From contig BROI01000018.1 in the NCBI GenBank assembly GCA_027923505.1, forward strand, positions 186,001-250,000: DNA of 64,000 nucleotides, in the 5' to 3' direction. A program made the translations under genes and the position numbers. Shown piece by piece: positions 34,321-45,271 of the stretch. The notes beneath the pieces are model-generated. The model ran no database searches and was not told where the DNA came from. It saw only the letters and a list, made by a program, of their open reading frames with translations. The DNA comes from Mayamaea pseudoterrestris (Eukaryota). Each line of letters begins with the position of its first letter. The first letter of the stretch is position 1.

Positions 34321-35160
34321 ATGGTCCCTATTGCTGTTGCTGCTCGTCGTTCTTCCTCTTCTGCACCTCTGTTCTTCGTCTGTCTGCTAGCATGGTGTCA
34401 TTGTTTGGCATTCGCGCTTGTTCCGACGTCAATGCCAAGCCAACTCGACAGACTGAGACTCTTTTCAAGCCAAATGCATGCTCAGACTCGGCAAGCTCGC
34501 AATCATGGCAGTCAAATTCTGAGAGCATTGGCTCTACAAGCCAGCAATAGGCGAGAATTCGACGATCAACCTTCTCATCTTCCTTCTTCGCAAAGCATTA
34601 AGCAAGAGTGGATTGACCGAAGCCTTGACTACTACCGAAAGGTCATGCGAGAGGAACGACGCTTGAAAGGAGGACAAGTGAAAGACTATGATACGAAAGA
34701 GTACCAAGACGGCTTCACGCAACTCGCTAACAAACACTACTTTGCATTGCGAAAAATCAAGGACGGCAAGCCTCGACACGCCGAACGCATCTATCGACGC
34801 ATCATTGATGAGCTTTTAACGGACGATGACAATTGCGACCATGCCAAGCTTGCCGTCACAACTCTGCTGCTCGCTCTCCTATTGCAGCGCATGCACGCGC
34901 CAGCCAAGGAGACTCGTGCCGTCTTTCTGCACTTTTTCCGCGTTGCCATACTGGAGAGTCCCGAAGGAGAGTGCGCCTGCTCGGCCAAGGTATTGGGAGC
35001 TTACGCTCTCTTTGAAATGCGACATGGTAATGCACTCAAGAGCGTCGAGATTGCAGCTCGGGCTGTCAAGCTTGATCCGACACTGGCGCCCATGCTGCAG
35101 TGGAAGCAGTTTCGCGACGCGGCGCAGCGGCGCGTCAAGGCGGCGGCGACCTTTAACTGA
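34321..35160 (+). CDS. Hypothetical helical-repeat (TPR/HAT-like) protein with signal peptide, probably plastid
   Basis: Leader ending CLAF-AL; C-terminal AKVLGAYALFEMRHGN...AARAVKLDP is TPR/HAT-like. Confidence 0.6.
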   Translation: MVPIAVAARRSSSSAPLFFVCLLAWCHCLAFALVPTSMPSQLDRLRLFSSQMHAQTRQARNHGSQILRALALQASNRREFDDQPSHLPSSQSIKQEWIDRSLDYYRKVMREERRLKGGQVKDYDTKEYQDGFTQLANKHYFALRKIKDGKPRHAERIYRRIIDELLTDDDNCDHAKLAVTTLLLALLLQRMHAPAKETRAVFLHFFRVAILESPEGECACSAKVLGAYALFEMRHGNALKSVEIAARAVKLDPTLAPMLQWKQFRDAAQRRVKAAATFN

Positions 35161-35318
35161 TTCTGAACATCATTTTCCAACAAACATTATTATTGATACT
35201 GTTGGTGGTCGAAACCGGCGAAGTCGGCCACACAATATCAAACATCATTCAGTCAACTAAAATACGTAATTCCGTTTTAAATAAATTCTAAGTACACATG
35301 CCTGCTTTCGTGCCCTTG

Positions 35319-36341
35319 CTAATTGGAAAAGGTTGCTGTGACGACCCCTCCTAGTGTAGTCATGGTCAAGCCCGTCGTTCGTTGTAGTTTGTCCATCTTC
35401 ATACTAATATCCAAGGGGCTCGTGACGGCGGCCACTTGTGCATCTGCCGACGGTAGTGGTACTTCCTCATTCTTTCTGGCAGGTATCAGAAACTTTGAAT
35501 CATATTCGAGCCATTCAAAGACAGCCTTGGCCATGTCCATGCGACTGCAAGATGCAGGTCCGCCGAGATTGTAAACGCCGGCCGATGCAAATGAGCAATC
35601 ACGGTCTCCGCCGCTGTTATCCAACGATTCAAGCGCGTTCTGCAAAAACCATGCAATGCAAGATACCACATCATTGACATAGACTGCGCTTCGACATTCG
35701 TCCGTGTAAAAGGTTGTTTCCTGCTGGTCGCGAGTGGCGATAAAGTGCAGAAAAGTATCGTGCGCTTTTGCCAAGGGAGCCTTTGGACCGATAATGAGAC
35801 TGCTGCGGAGCACGACTGATCGATGCGGGTAATTATCTAAAATGTACTTCTCCATGGCACGTTTGCTTTGACCATATACATTTACGGGATGCGTGGGGTC
35901 TATCTCCGAGTAAGGAGCCTCGCTTGGGTCGCCTTTGTAAACTTGATCGGTGGACATTGCAATGATTGCAGTATTGGAACGAATTAAAGCATCAAAAAAG
36001 AGTGTAGGATTATTGATTTTCATAGCTTTGTCTGGATCCTGTTCGCATAGACGAGGAACCGACAATGCGGCTGCATGAATACAAACATCCATCGATGGGT
36101 GTCGCTGAAAGAAGGAATCAACGCTTGCAGGATCTGTCAGGTCCACAGCTTCCACAGACACTTGAACGCAACATCTTTCGCCCAAATCACTAATCAGTTT
36201 CCTCACGGCGCCGTCCAGTGTTGTCGCAGAGTTGACCAAAGCATAAATGTGGTGAACATTATTTGGAGGAGGCTTTGTCAGGAACGAGTAAAGCACATGC
36301 TGGCCGAGATATCCCGAGGCTCCTGTGAGCAAGACGCGCAT
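35319..36341 (-). CDS. RmlD/MAT2B-like extended SDR (dTDP-4-dehydrorhamnose reductase family)
   Basis: MRVLLTGASGYLG, HAAALS, STDQVY, PVNVYGQSK (YxxxK), DECRSAVYV, SPLDISM. Confidence 0.88.
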   Translation of the reverse strand: MRVLLTGASGYLGQHVLYSFLTKPPPNNVHHIYALVNSATTLDGAVRKLISDLGERCCVQVSVEAVDLTDPASVDSFFQRHPSMDVCIHAAALSVPRLCEQDPDKAMKINNPTLFFDALIRSNTAIIAMSTDQVYKGDPSEAPYSEIDPTHPVNVYGQSKRAMEKYILDNYPHRSVVLRSSLIIGPKAPLAKAHDTFLHFIATRDQQETTFYTDECRSAVYVNDVVSCIAWFLQNALESLDNSGGDRDCSFASAGVYNLGGPASCSRMDMAKAVFEWLEYDSKFLIPARKNEEVPLPSADAQVAAVTSPLDISMKMDKLQRTTGLTMTTLGGVVTATFSN

Positions 36342-36500
36342 ATTGCTTTTTCAGATCTGCAAGATTACTCTTTGTGTCCAGCAACCACGTCTAATGAGTA
36401 CAGCACCAAGGTGATTCACGGCCGACGGTCGCCAGTCCTTCTCCATTGTCGCTTGTCGCCATCATCCGTCGGCGCTTGCCCGAAAGATTTCCACGTCATT

Positions 36501-36660
36501 AGGCAATAGTGCGAAACAAGTGCCAGTGTCAATGGCGTCAAAAGGCAATATTGTGAAACAAGTGCCAGTGTCAATTACGTCACAAGGCAATATTGCGAAA
36601 CGAGTGCCAGTGTCAATTACGTCACAAGGGCAATATCGCGAAACGAGTGCCAGTGTCAAT
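36501..36660. repeat. 42-bp minisatellite, about 3.8 copies, in a divergent promoter
   Basis: Unit AGGCAATATTGCGAAACGAGTGCCAGTGTCAATTACGTCACA starting at about 36501, 36543, 36585 and 36628. Confidence 0.92.
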
Positions 36661-36747
36661 CGGCGCGAATGAAGCGCGACGAGCGTCGCGTGAATCGACA
36701 TCGGCATCACGAAATCTCGCTACCACAGAACTTGTGGGACCAAGAAC

Positions 36748-37715
36748 ATGCCGGAGCCCAAGAGAATACTCTCAATACAGTCGCACGTTGTATACGGATG
36801 TACGTTCTGCATGTTGTTGATGTTAGGTTAACCTTGTTACTTTAGCTTTGACTTTCGCGCCCTTCTTGTCCACCAGATGTCGGCAATAAAGCAAGTGTTT
36901 TTCCACTTCAGTTGCTAGGCTTCGACGTTGATATTATCAACTCGGTTCATTTCTCCAATCATACCGGCTACTCTAAAGGTTTTGGAGGTGATGTGTTAAA
37001 GGGAGATCAGCTTCGTGCCATTATGCAGGGACTCGAAGACAATCACCTGCTGTCACAGACGGGGCACCTTTTGACTGGCTACATTGGTTCATTGTCATTC
37101 TTGGAAGCCGTGCTTGATGTCTTGCACCTGCTGCGAAAGCACAATGTAGATATTCGATACGTCTGTGACCCAGTCTTGGGTGATCGAGGCGAGTTCTACG
37201 TGCCGAAGGAACTTGTCGCGGTCTACAAGGAGCGAGTCGTGCCGTTGGCCGACGTGCTCACGCCAAACCAGTTTGAAGTGGAACAGCTAACTGGTCTCAA
37301 AGTAGATTCACTCGAATCTGCTGAAGCAGCTTGCAAAGCGCTGCATGCGATTGGGCCTTCGCTTGTCTGCATTACAAGTATAGGACTGCCAGGTAATGAC
37401 GCAACAATGTACATCGTCGCGTCCCAAAGGACCAAGGCGAATGGACGAGCAGAAGTATGGTACATTGAGTTCCCTCGTCTTCCTGGTAACTTTACTGGGA
37501 CGGGAGATTTATGTGCCGCACTGCTGCTGGCTCATACGGATCGCTTAGATAGTTTACCAGACGCACTGGAGATGGTCATAAATACCATGTCAGTCGTCAT
37601 TGAGCGAACCCATGAATCGTCAGGAGAGACGAAACAATCCTGTGAATTGAAACTTGTGCAAAGTAAGCATGATATTGAAAATCCCCCCAGACGCTTTAAA
37701 GCAAGAAGGCTATAG
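36748..37715 (+). CDS. PDXK: Pyridoxal kinase, 2 exons
   Basis: [66 protein letters not shown]. Intron 36800-36876. Confidence 0.95.
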
Positions 37716-37751
37716 CTATACAGTTAACAAATTATAAGTGCTCGTAACAAA

Positions 37752-39032
37752 CTACTCGTCGCCACAATTCAGTCGTTCCTGAAGTTCTCTTGCCAAGTCA
37801 CTATCAGATCGCAGTAATGCACCTTGAGGTAGTTTCAACAAGACAGGTTCCACTTCATCGAGCTTAAAGTCCGTCTTTTTCATCATTTTGAAACCTTCCT
37901 GCAGCTTCTTGCTGGAAGGTACGCGTTGGGGCACTGTGTCAAAAAAGACAGATGAATTATCCTTCTTCCAGGTACGTAGCAGTAGTGCCATGTGTTGTCG
38001 TAAATCATCTAAATCCTTTTGCATCACCTTGAAAATGGAATTACGAGCCACGTCGGGTATTCCAGGGGCAGCGTCTGATTCTCGAGTCCTTAACGCGACG
38101 GATGCTTCCGACATGAGAGCAATGGCGATTCCATATTCGCATGCGTCCCAGAATGCGCGCGCTTGAAAATACAAGCTCAACGACTTTTGCACATTGATTT
38201 GGAATGTGGTTAATGTGAAAAATTCCTTGTCCATGCGTGACATTTGAACGAAAGCATCATGACGAAGCTGGCTGACAAATTCCTCCAACTGATCTGACAC
38301 GCCAAGACATAGCTTGCCAAGCAGTGAATAGTTTGGTGTACCAGGCTTTATAAGAACAGTAGCAATTGCCATTTGCTGTCCATTGGCCATGAATAAGTTG
38401 GCCAGAGCCTTTGCCATGGCGGCATGACATTCACTCGGAAGTTGTTGCTCGTCGACTGATGAGCCCTTGCTGATCCACTTTGGCAGCAAATCCTCAGCCA
38501 AGAAGGTAAAAATTCCAGCTGCAGCCGCATAGTCTCTTGATGATGCTGCAAACTCGCCTTGCACTGAATTCTCTGTGGCGCTAGTAACCTTTCCCAGCCC
38601 CTCGCTCACAATCGTCATGACCAAGTCATACATGATTGCCTCCGACTTGAAAGACTGTGGAGACTCTTCGATACCACTCTTCCAGCCAAACACCAATCTC
38701 TCATTCAATTGAGCTTCTTCTGGTTGAACTTTGCAGGAAAGTAAAATTGTATTGATCGTTGGTTGAAAGTGTTTGGCTTCCAAAATAACTCGTTCCGATG
38801 ATGTCCGTTCAGCGTTCAAGGCATCATACAATCGACTGCGTACGTCGTCGGCATTTAGCATGAGTTTACGAGTCTTGTCGGCTTGGCCGGCAGTCTTGAA
38901 AGACTTGGCAAAACTAACCTGTCGATCCATCTTGGGAACCTTGAAGCGATGAACGGCGCAAGCCAAACGGATGCAGCTGTCTGGGTGGTCGACATTTGGT
39001 CCAGAGTGATCTCTGTAAAAGATATTTGACAT
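37752..39032 (-). CDS. BRO1-domain protein (BROX-like, ESCRT-associated)
   Basis: 426-aa helical ORF; LVFGWKSG, AAAAGIFTFL, LFMANGQQM, EYGIAIALM and KKDNSSVFFDTVP resemble the Bro1 domain (the KDN..IY..VP-type ending). Confidence 0.7.
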   Translation of the reverse strand: MSNIFYRDHSGPNVDHPDSCIRLACAVHRFKVPKMDRQVSFAKSFKTAGQADKTRKLMLNADDVRSRLYDALNAERTSSERVILEAKHFQPTINTILLSCKVQPEEAQLNERLVFGWKSGIEESPQSFKSEAIMYDLVMTIVSEGLGKVTSATENSVQGEFAASSRDYAAAAGIFTFLAEDLLPKWISKGSSVDEQQLPSECHAAMAKALANLFMANGQQMAIATVLIKPGTPNYSLLGKLCLGVSDQLEEFVSQLRHDAFVQMSRMDKEFFTLTTFQINVQKSLSLYFQARAFWDACEYGIAIALMSEASVALRTRESDAAPGIPDVARNSIFKVMQKDLDDLRQHMALLLRTWKKDNSSVFFDTVPQRVPSSKKLQEGFKMMKKTDFKLDEVEPVLLKLPQGALLRSDSDLARELQERLNCGDE

Positions 39033-39091
39033 GGTTTAAGGTTGTGATAAAGCCTACCACTAGCTGCGGTATTTATGTATCGAGTCGAATT

Positions 39092-41179
39092 GTTTTCCCT
39101 TCAAAAAAAGCGACCTTTCGCGCGCAGCGCGACCTTTCGGGCGAAAGGTCACGCAGCGCGCCGCGCCGAAACCTCGACCTTTCGGGCAACTCGACATGTC
39201 TCCCCGCGGGCTCCAAACTAATGTCACCATAGCAAACGAGACTGCTTATGTAATAGCAGCAAGAAATGTTAGTGAAAAAATATATTTCAACCACTTTAAA
39301 TTAAGAATTTTTGCGATTCTGCTTTGCACAATGACACAGTGGTGCAGTGTTTCGCATGCTGACGCTGACTTTGAACTAGCAATGTCCTTGAGTGTTGTTA
39401 TATTTGTGTGACTCTTCTGTTTCTGGATCTTTGTGCCCACTCCAATGCAAGCAACAGAAGCTCGCTTGTACTGTTCTTTCTTGGTGCAGTCTCTGCTCTG
39501 CTGGCAACACACAATTCTCACGGCCGGTTCATCCATATGCGCTCTACTTGTACACTTACTTTAACCACAGGTTGCCCCTCAAGTCCTTCCTGCAATATAC
39601 TCTGCCATTATGTATCTGGCATTTCAAGGACAACAAGTTTGAGATGTGCTCGCAGTTGGCTTGTTTCACCCCAATCTGAGAATGAAACTGTCGTGCACAT
39701 TTCCTTTTTACCTCATTGGCGCCAATCAAAATACAGTCTATCAAGAACTGTATATAGCCAATGCCAGCTCCATCGGATGCACTGGCCCAATTCAAAGACT
39801 TCTCCAAATTGTTCTTCTTTTTTCAGTTGATGCATGGTCCCTCACTGCCTCTGCTGGGCGCTTGCGCTCATCATTGGTACTGCCTGGCAACTTCACAGTG
39901 CCGGTTGATGCAGTAGCTGAATCCAACAAGCCATAAGGAGACTTTGATGGTGAATGCCCCTGTTTTGTACTGCGTATCAGACTGAGCGCATCAGCCATGT
40001 CAACTTGTACACTCACAAGCAGTGCTCCAGAATTGTGTCCGTGCTCTTTGCTGTGAAAGCCATGCTCTGCTATCTGGCATAATAGCTTGCCCTCTGATTC
40101 TGGATCAGTCTGTTTGGTGATACGTTTGATGGATCCATTAACTCTGGATTACGCACATTGAAATTGTTGTAGATTGACTCTGCCAACTGCGCTAGCGTAA
40201 AACTCCATTCCCCTCCCCCATTCAGATCCTTGACAACACCAATAAGTGTTAAGCAACAGTATGCATGCATACAGAAAGGGGCAAAGCTTTTCTCCTGGGC
40301 CAAACTCTGGGAGTAAGGTATGTTCAGCTTTTTAACAAGGCCACTTTAGTGGGTTCCAATAGCCTCAAGCTGTGGCACAAACTTAGGTGACTGAGTGTCA
40401 TTCCAGAGATTTAAAGCTGCATCCGCCAGCCTTGCCTTGTGAAAACAGGAATAATGACTTGATAGGATTTGGAGTTTGTGGCATCACTCCAGCCACTGTG
40501 GACATTGAGCTGCATCACTGATTTCCTTTTTGTACTGACTTGAACGAACAGGCATTGGATTGAACACTAGCTGCCACCGTCGCCACCGCCGCCACCCCCG
40601 CCACCGCAGCAGCAGCAGTAGCAGCAGCATGCTAATAGGCATATAGACTATTTCAAGCTCCCTCAGTTTCCACTAGCTAGTGGGTGGGAGAGACGGCATG
40701 CTACAACCCTCATAAGGTTCATCATTAGGATTTGTTGGGATAAGCTTAAGTTGGCCCAAGATTGGGATTGTCAGCTGGGTTGAGAAACAAGTAGGAGAGC
40801 ATGTATAGCTGGAGCAGAGCTTGGCATAGCAGTGGCTGGCGAGCTGGGTAAACTACTGGGTTTGCTGCTGGGATGACTGGAAGGACTGTTAGAAAAGCAA
40901 CCTGAAAAGGGACTGGATGAGTTGCCATTTGATGGAGGCAAAACCTGAGCCAAGGACTGGACCAGATAAATGAGAGGAAAACGAGCCTTATAGGCACAGG
41001 TAGCCACATGTGCCAGAGCATGACAAGCACATGTTGCTGCTAGCACTAGCGTCATTGAGCGGAAACCTTTGTCGCACTGAAAACCATTAAGACAAATAAG
41101 TACTTACGGTTAGGGATACTGACGTTTCGCACCTTTCAGACCGGCACTCACGAAAGGTCGCCGTCCTTGTCCAAAAAAC
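39092..41179. mobile_element. Decayed, CpG-depleted transposon-like insertion with imperfect inverted ends
   Basis: GCGACCTTTCG motif repeated at 39110-39185 and inverted (CGAAAGGTCGC) at about 41151. Interior has about 0-1 CpG per 60-nt line, versus several in the flanking genes, and only broken ORFs. Confidence 0.55.
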
Positions 41180-41507
41180 GAGTGCATGCGATTGTGTCGT
41201 GCGTTGGAATCGCCATACCCAGCGCTGCGACGAAAAAACGGATGATCAGTCCAGTCAGTACCGGAGTGATGTCCGCAGAGGTCATAACGTGCGGTACAGT
41301 AACATACTAAAGAAGCTATTGCGCCGTCTCAAACAACCACACAGTTTACGTAATATCATACATACATGCTGGGCATTTAAAGCAGCTGTTTGATAATTAA
41401 AGTAAGTACTCGCTCATGTCTCGCCGCACCTCCCAGTTGATGCCACGCACCTTGCTCGCAGACTCGCAGTTCGAAGTAAGCATCGTCCCCTTGCACACCT
41501 TGCCTTG

Positions 41508-42074
41508 CTACAAATTGTTGCAATAGTTCACAAATCTCCTGACCATATCCTCTACGTAATTTGTATCCGTCGAACACAATGCACGCGTCCTGCTGCGTAT
41601 GCACTTCCTCGTCGTAGTCCCCAAAAAGCGAAATGGAGCACAGGAGCATTTCGTCTTGAGCTGCTCGAGGCACTGATTCTGCGTGATACTTGCCGACGGG
41701 CTGCGAGTCACAGGCTTGCGCGTTGGAAACATGGTTGGTCTACGAGTCGGCATCATTGTGGGGCGACGCGTCGGAGTCATTGTTGGGCGTTTCGTATTTG
41801 GTCTCATGGTGGGGCGCCGTGTAGGAAAACGAGTCGGGCGGCGAGTCGGCCTCATTGTTGTTGGTCTACGCGTAGGTTTCATTGTAGGTTTACGAGTCCT
41901 TGGCTTCATTGTTGGATTACGCGTTGGAGGTTTCGTGGGTGGACGGCTCGGACGCATGGTCATTGTCGGTCGTCTGCTCGGCGTCATGCTTGGGAATCTT
42001 GAAGGACTTATAGACTGGGCGACAACAGCTCCCAATAAAAGAAAGATGGTGAGTAGGTGAAGCAAAACCATCAT
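41508..42074 (-). CDS. Secreted cationic Pro/Thr/Arg/Met-repeat protein with a 6-Cys C-terminal domain
   Basis: Signal peptide MMVLLHLLTIFLLLGAVVA-Q, about 100 aa of PTRR/PTMx tetrapeptide repeats, then a ~55-aa domain with six Cys. Confidence 0.8.
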   Translation of the reverse strand: MMVLLHLLTIFLLLGAVVAQSISPSRFPSMTPSRRPTMTMRPSRPPTKPPTRNPTMKPRTRKPTMKPTRRPTTMRPTRRPTRFPTRRPTMRPNTKRPTMTPTRRPTMMPTRRPTMFPTRKPVTRSPSASITQNQCLEQLKTKCSCAPFRFLGTTTRKCIRSRTRALCSTDTNYVEDMVRRFVNYCNNL

Positions 42075-42385
42075 GAAGTAACAACTACTGTTCAATTGAT
42101 TAAGTTTGGTTGGATTCCTGGACTGATGAGCGGATGATTTGCTTTGAAAAGTTAACCAGTGACGAGATGTCAACAAAATCTTGTCACCAAATTCGTTTGA
42201 TTCGATTTTTTGTTTTCGCACGACCGACGACGCGTGCGCGCGTAGTGTCGGACCGGTTATCACTCCTGCGCGCGCCGTGGTTGAAAGGCGATCTTGTCGA
42301 AGATTCGATGGTTTGTGCGTCCTTCTGGACCAAGCAAAGTAAAGCACCAGCAAAGTCGCCTGCCAATACGCCTTTCACTATCGCT

Positions 42386-43072
42386 ATGAGCAGAAGAGTT
42401 ATTAGCATGCGGAGACTGGCAGCGTTGCTTGTTTCCGCGCCATTGACGTCGACGGCGTTTCAAATGCCAATTAAAAGAGGCTGCTTCTCCAGCCGAGTCC
42501 CTACACATTACGCTGCCTTTCAGACACATCGACACGTCCTGCCGATCGACCCGAGCATTGCCATGGACATGGGAATCGCTGTAGCCTCGGCTGCTGCTGG
42601 AGCTGCTGCCCAATTTCCACGCATTCAGCAACTGGAACGAGAATTGACTGTCGCCAAAACGGCTCTCACCGAGTCGGAGCAACAAATGGTTTCCAAAATT
42701 ACAGAACTTGAGGAACGACTATTCGTCATGGACAAGGAGTTTGAAGATCAAACCGATCGATTCAAAAAGAAGTATGACACACGGATGCGAGGTGAGCTTG
42801 AGAAAATAAAGGACAAGATCATCACCGACTATAAATACAAGTTGGAAATTCGACTCGAGGAACAAAAGTCGAAGCTACTGGCAGAAAGACTGGATTTCGT
42901 CAACACGTTAAGTAGTGGCAAAGTGGAGCAGCTCGTCAATCTTCGCATGGAGAAGGAGAATACGAGCCGAGCAAACGAGGAGCTCGAGAAGGCACTTGCC
43001 ATGTCGCAGGCCGAGCTTGATCGAATGCGACAGGAAGCAACTACGAAGCGGGGATGGTGGCCATTTGCCTAG
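42386..43072 (+). CDS. Coiled-coil protein with plastid-type leader
   Basis: Leader ...LLVSAPLTSTAF-QM, short hydrophobic segment, long E/K/L heptad region, ending GWWPFA. Confidence 0.65.
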   Translation: MSRRVISMRRLAALLVSAPLTSTAFQMPIKRGCFSSRVPTHYAAFQTHRHVLPIDPSIAMDMGIAVASAAAGAAAQFPRIQQLERELTVAKTALTESEQQMVSKITELEERLFVMDKEFEDQTDRFKKKYDTRMRGELEKIKDKIITDYKYKLEIRLEEQKSKLLAERLDFVNTLSSGKVEQLVNLRMEKENTSRANEELEKALAMSQAELDRMRQEATTKRGWWPFA

Positions 43073-43205
43073 TTGAATTCGTTAGTTCGAACTATCAATG
43101 AAGACAATTGAGGCAAATGGAAGCATAAACGTTGCTACTCCTGACATTCGATTATTGACGGCGGGGCTAACAGCAATCATCCAAAATAGAATACAAATAA
43201 TGACG

Positions 43206-44996
43206 CTACTCCGCCTTCTTTTTACTAATTACTGATCGTTGGTCAATCATGGTTGCTTGTAGAAGGGCTGCTGCCAAGAGGCAGCCGCTTACCAGCTTGA
43301 AACATAATGTTACATCCAAATGATCGGTCGCATACGTCCCTGACACTACAATTGCATTCAGTGGGAGGCGGAAAATGTTCAGAATGGCACCTTGCAGCGA
43401 GTCCGGAACATATTTTGAGCGCAGGGTTCCAGCAACCGGCATGAAGAGACCCACGCAAAACTCCATTGTCAGAAACGCCATTAGGATTACGTGTAGTTGC
43501 CACGTTGATTGTTCCCAGGACAAGACCAGCGCTGGTACGCCCATGGCTACCGATGCCAAAAGATAGACAAAAGACGCACAAGTTTCCTCCTTGCTTTCGT
43601 TGCTAGGTGCAATCTTGGCGAAAACATAGTCCTGGAGGGGAGAAAACGCAAGCCCACCGATCGTAATTGCCATCATGAGAGCAGAAAAGACACAGCCAGT
43701 CGGCAAGCCACCCGGCGGATTAAGTGAAAGCAAGGTTGGTACCCACTATGATGATGAGTGAAAATAGGATGAAAATGAAAAATGCGTGAGCTTCCAGACT
43801 CTCTGGTTGGCCAAAAATTGCGACTGAAAGATATACTTGCCATAAAGACAAACGTGTACATGGCGCCCTCGGATAAGGCTTGAATAAAACCGATTCTCCA
43901 CACCCGTGAGTCGCTGACAGTCGTCTTCCAAGCATCTGTAAATTGACTCGACACAGACGAAGACTCATGGTCACCCGACTGCTTCTCTCCGTAATTTTCC
44001 TCCCACCCAAGAACTAGAACCAACGCAATCGCCGTGAGAGCCACAGCTCCCTGGAACGGACCAATGTGCCCAAATGCATCTTCCAGCAGCTGCGCAACGA
44101 TTCCAGCAAGAATTGCCGTAGTTCCATTGACAATCGAACATTGCGAGTAGGTGCGCGACAGCCATGATTCTGGAAAACCCTTGCGTCGATGTTCCGTCGT
44201 CATCCAACTTTCAAACGCGGAAAAGAGTAGATTGGTAGAGACACCTCCAAGAACACGTCCGGTCATAAGAATCGTAAAGTTTGTCGAGTGTTCCATGACG
44301 TTAATGACAATCTCCAATACGCAATAGACAATACACGATCGCTTGCGTCCAAACTGATCCACAAAGCTTCCTAGAAATGGCGCAAAAATCGCTCCACTCA
44401 GGAAGCCCGTAAGAAATAGAGCCGAAATATTGACTCCATACGACAAGTATAGAGTATCTGTTCATTCGCATGACGAGTGCATGCATGCAGGCAGGCAGTG
44501 TGAGAAGGGCATGTCGACGAAAAGAGTCACATCGAAGCATCCACTCGTCGCTGCAACAAGTAACTCACACATGTGTGTTCCCTGCATCCAGTCGGCCAAC
44601 ATGATGACCCAGTACACGATCATGTACTGACGTCGAAACTTGTAAAATTCCGCATTCAGTTTATGCTTGGAGGCTTGCTCCAACTTGGTGCTGTCCACAT
44701 CGACTGCATCCTGTTCCTCATTTGTGAGAAACAATGACAGGCCGCCAACCACAATTAACATGATTGTCATGATGATTAGAAAGTCAAGTGACCTGTATGC
44801 AAGGATTACAGGAACGTGAGCTGCACGTAAACTCATCTGCATCGTCGACCGACTACCATGCATCATATTTCCAACACCACGTGGCTGTCACGTACCATTC
44901 CGGCCAGTCAGGCAGAACTTTCTTAGCTGCAACTAGAGCAGGCGACATTATCATTGCCAAAGAGCCTTTAACAGCCTCCATCATGGGTGCTTGCAT
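43206..44996 (-). CDS. MFS molybdate-anion transporter (MFSD5/MOT2 family), 4 exons
   Basis: FRRQYMIVY...ADWMQGTHMY.LY.SYG...LFLTGFLS...GSFVDQFGRKRSC...GRVLGGVSTNLLFSAFESWM...EGAMYTFVFMW.P...LRSKYVP...NIFRLPLN. First exon inferred. Confidence 0.88.
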
Positions 44997-45271
44997 GGTA
45001 AACAGTTGAGTATTAGATGAAGTAGCCGATCCGTTCCAGCGACGAAGCGATCATTGTGGGGTCTTGACGTTCCCCGTTCCAACGGCTTTCTCAAGTCACG
45101 AGTTCGACGTCACTGCACGGAATTTCACCGTCAGACCGTCGTCCGCCACTGCGTCGAACCTCGTCACCACCACGCAAAAACCAGCTTCCACCATCTCTTG
45201 TTCTGCCGCAGCGACGCATCGTTCATTTTCTCCCTCGACAACCTCATTATTCTATTTTAGCATTGATCAAC

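Noticed and set aside
36501..36660. Mini-CRISPR-like repeat
   Set aside because: Contiguous 42-bp tandem units without variable spacers; an ordinary minisatellite.
41683..42060. Plus-strand VGRR/VGL repeat ORF
   Set aside because: Antisense shadow of the PT-repeat secreted protein, which has the signal peptide and ATG start.
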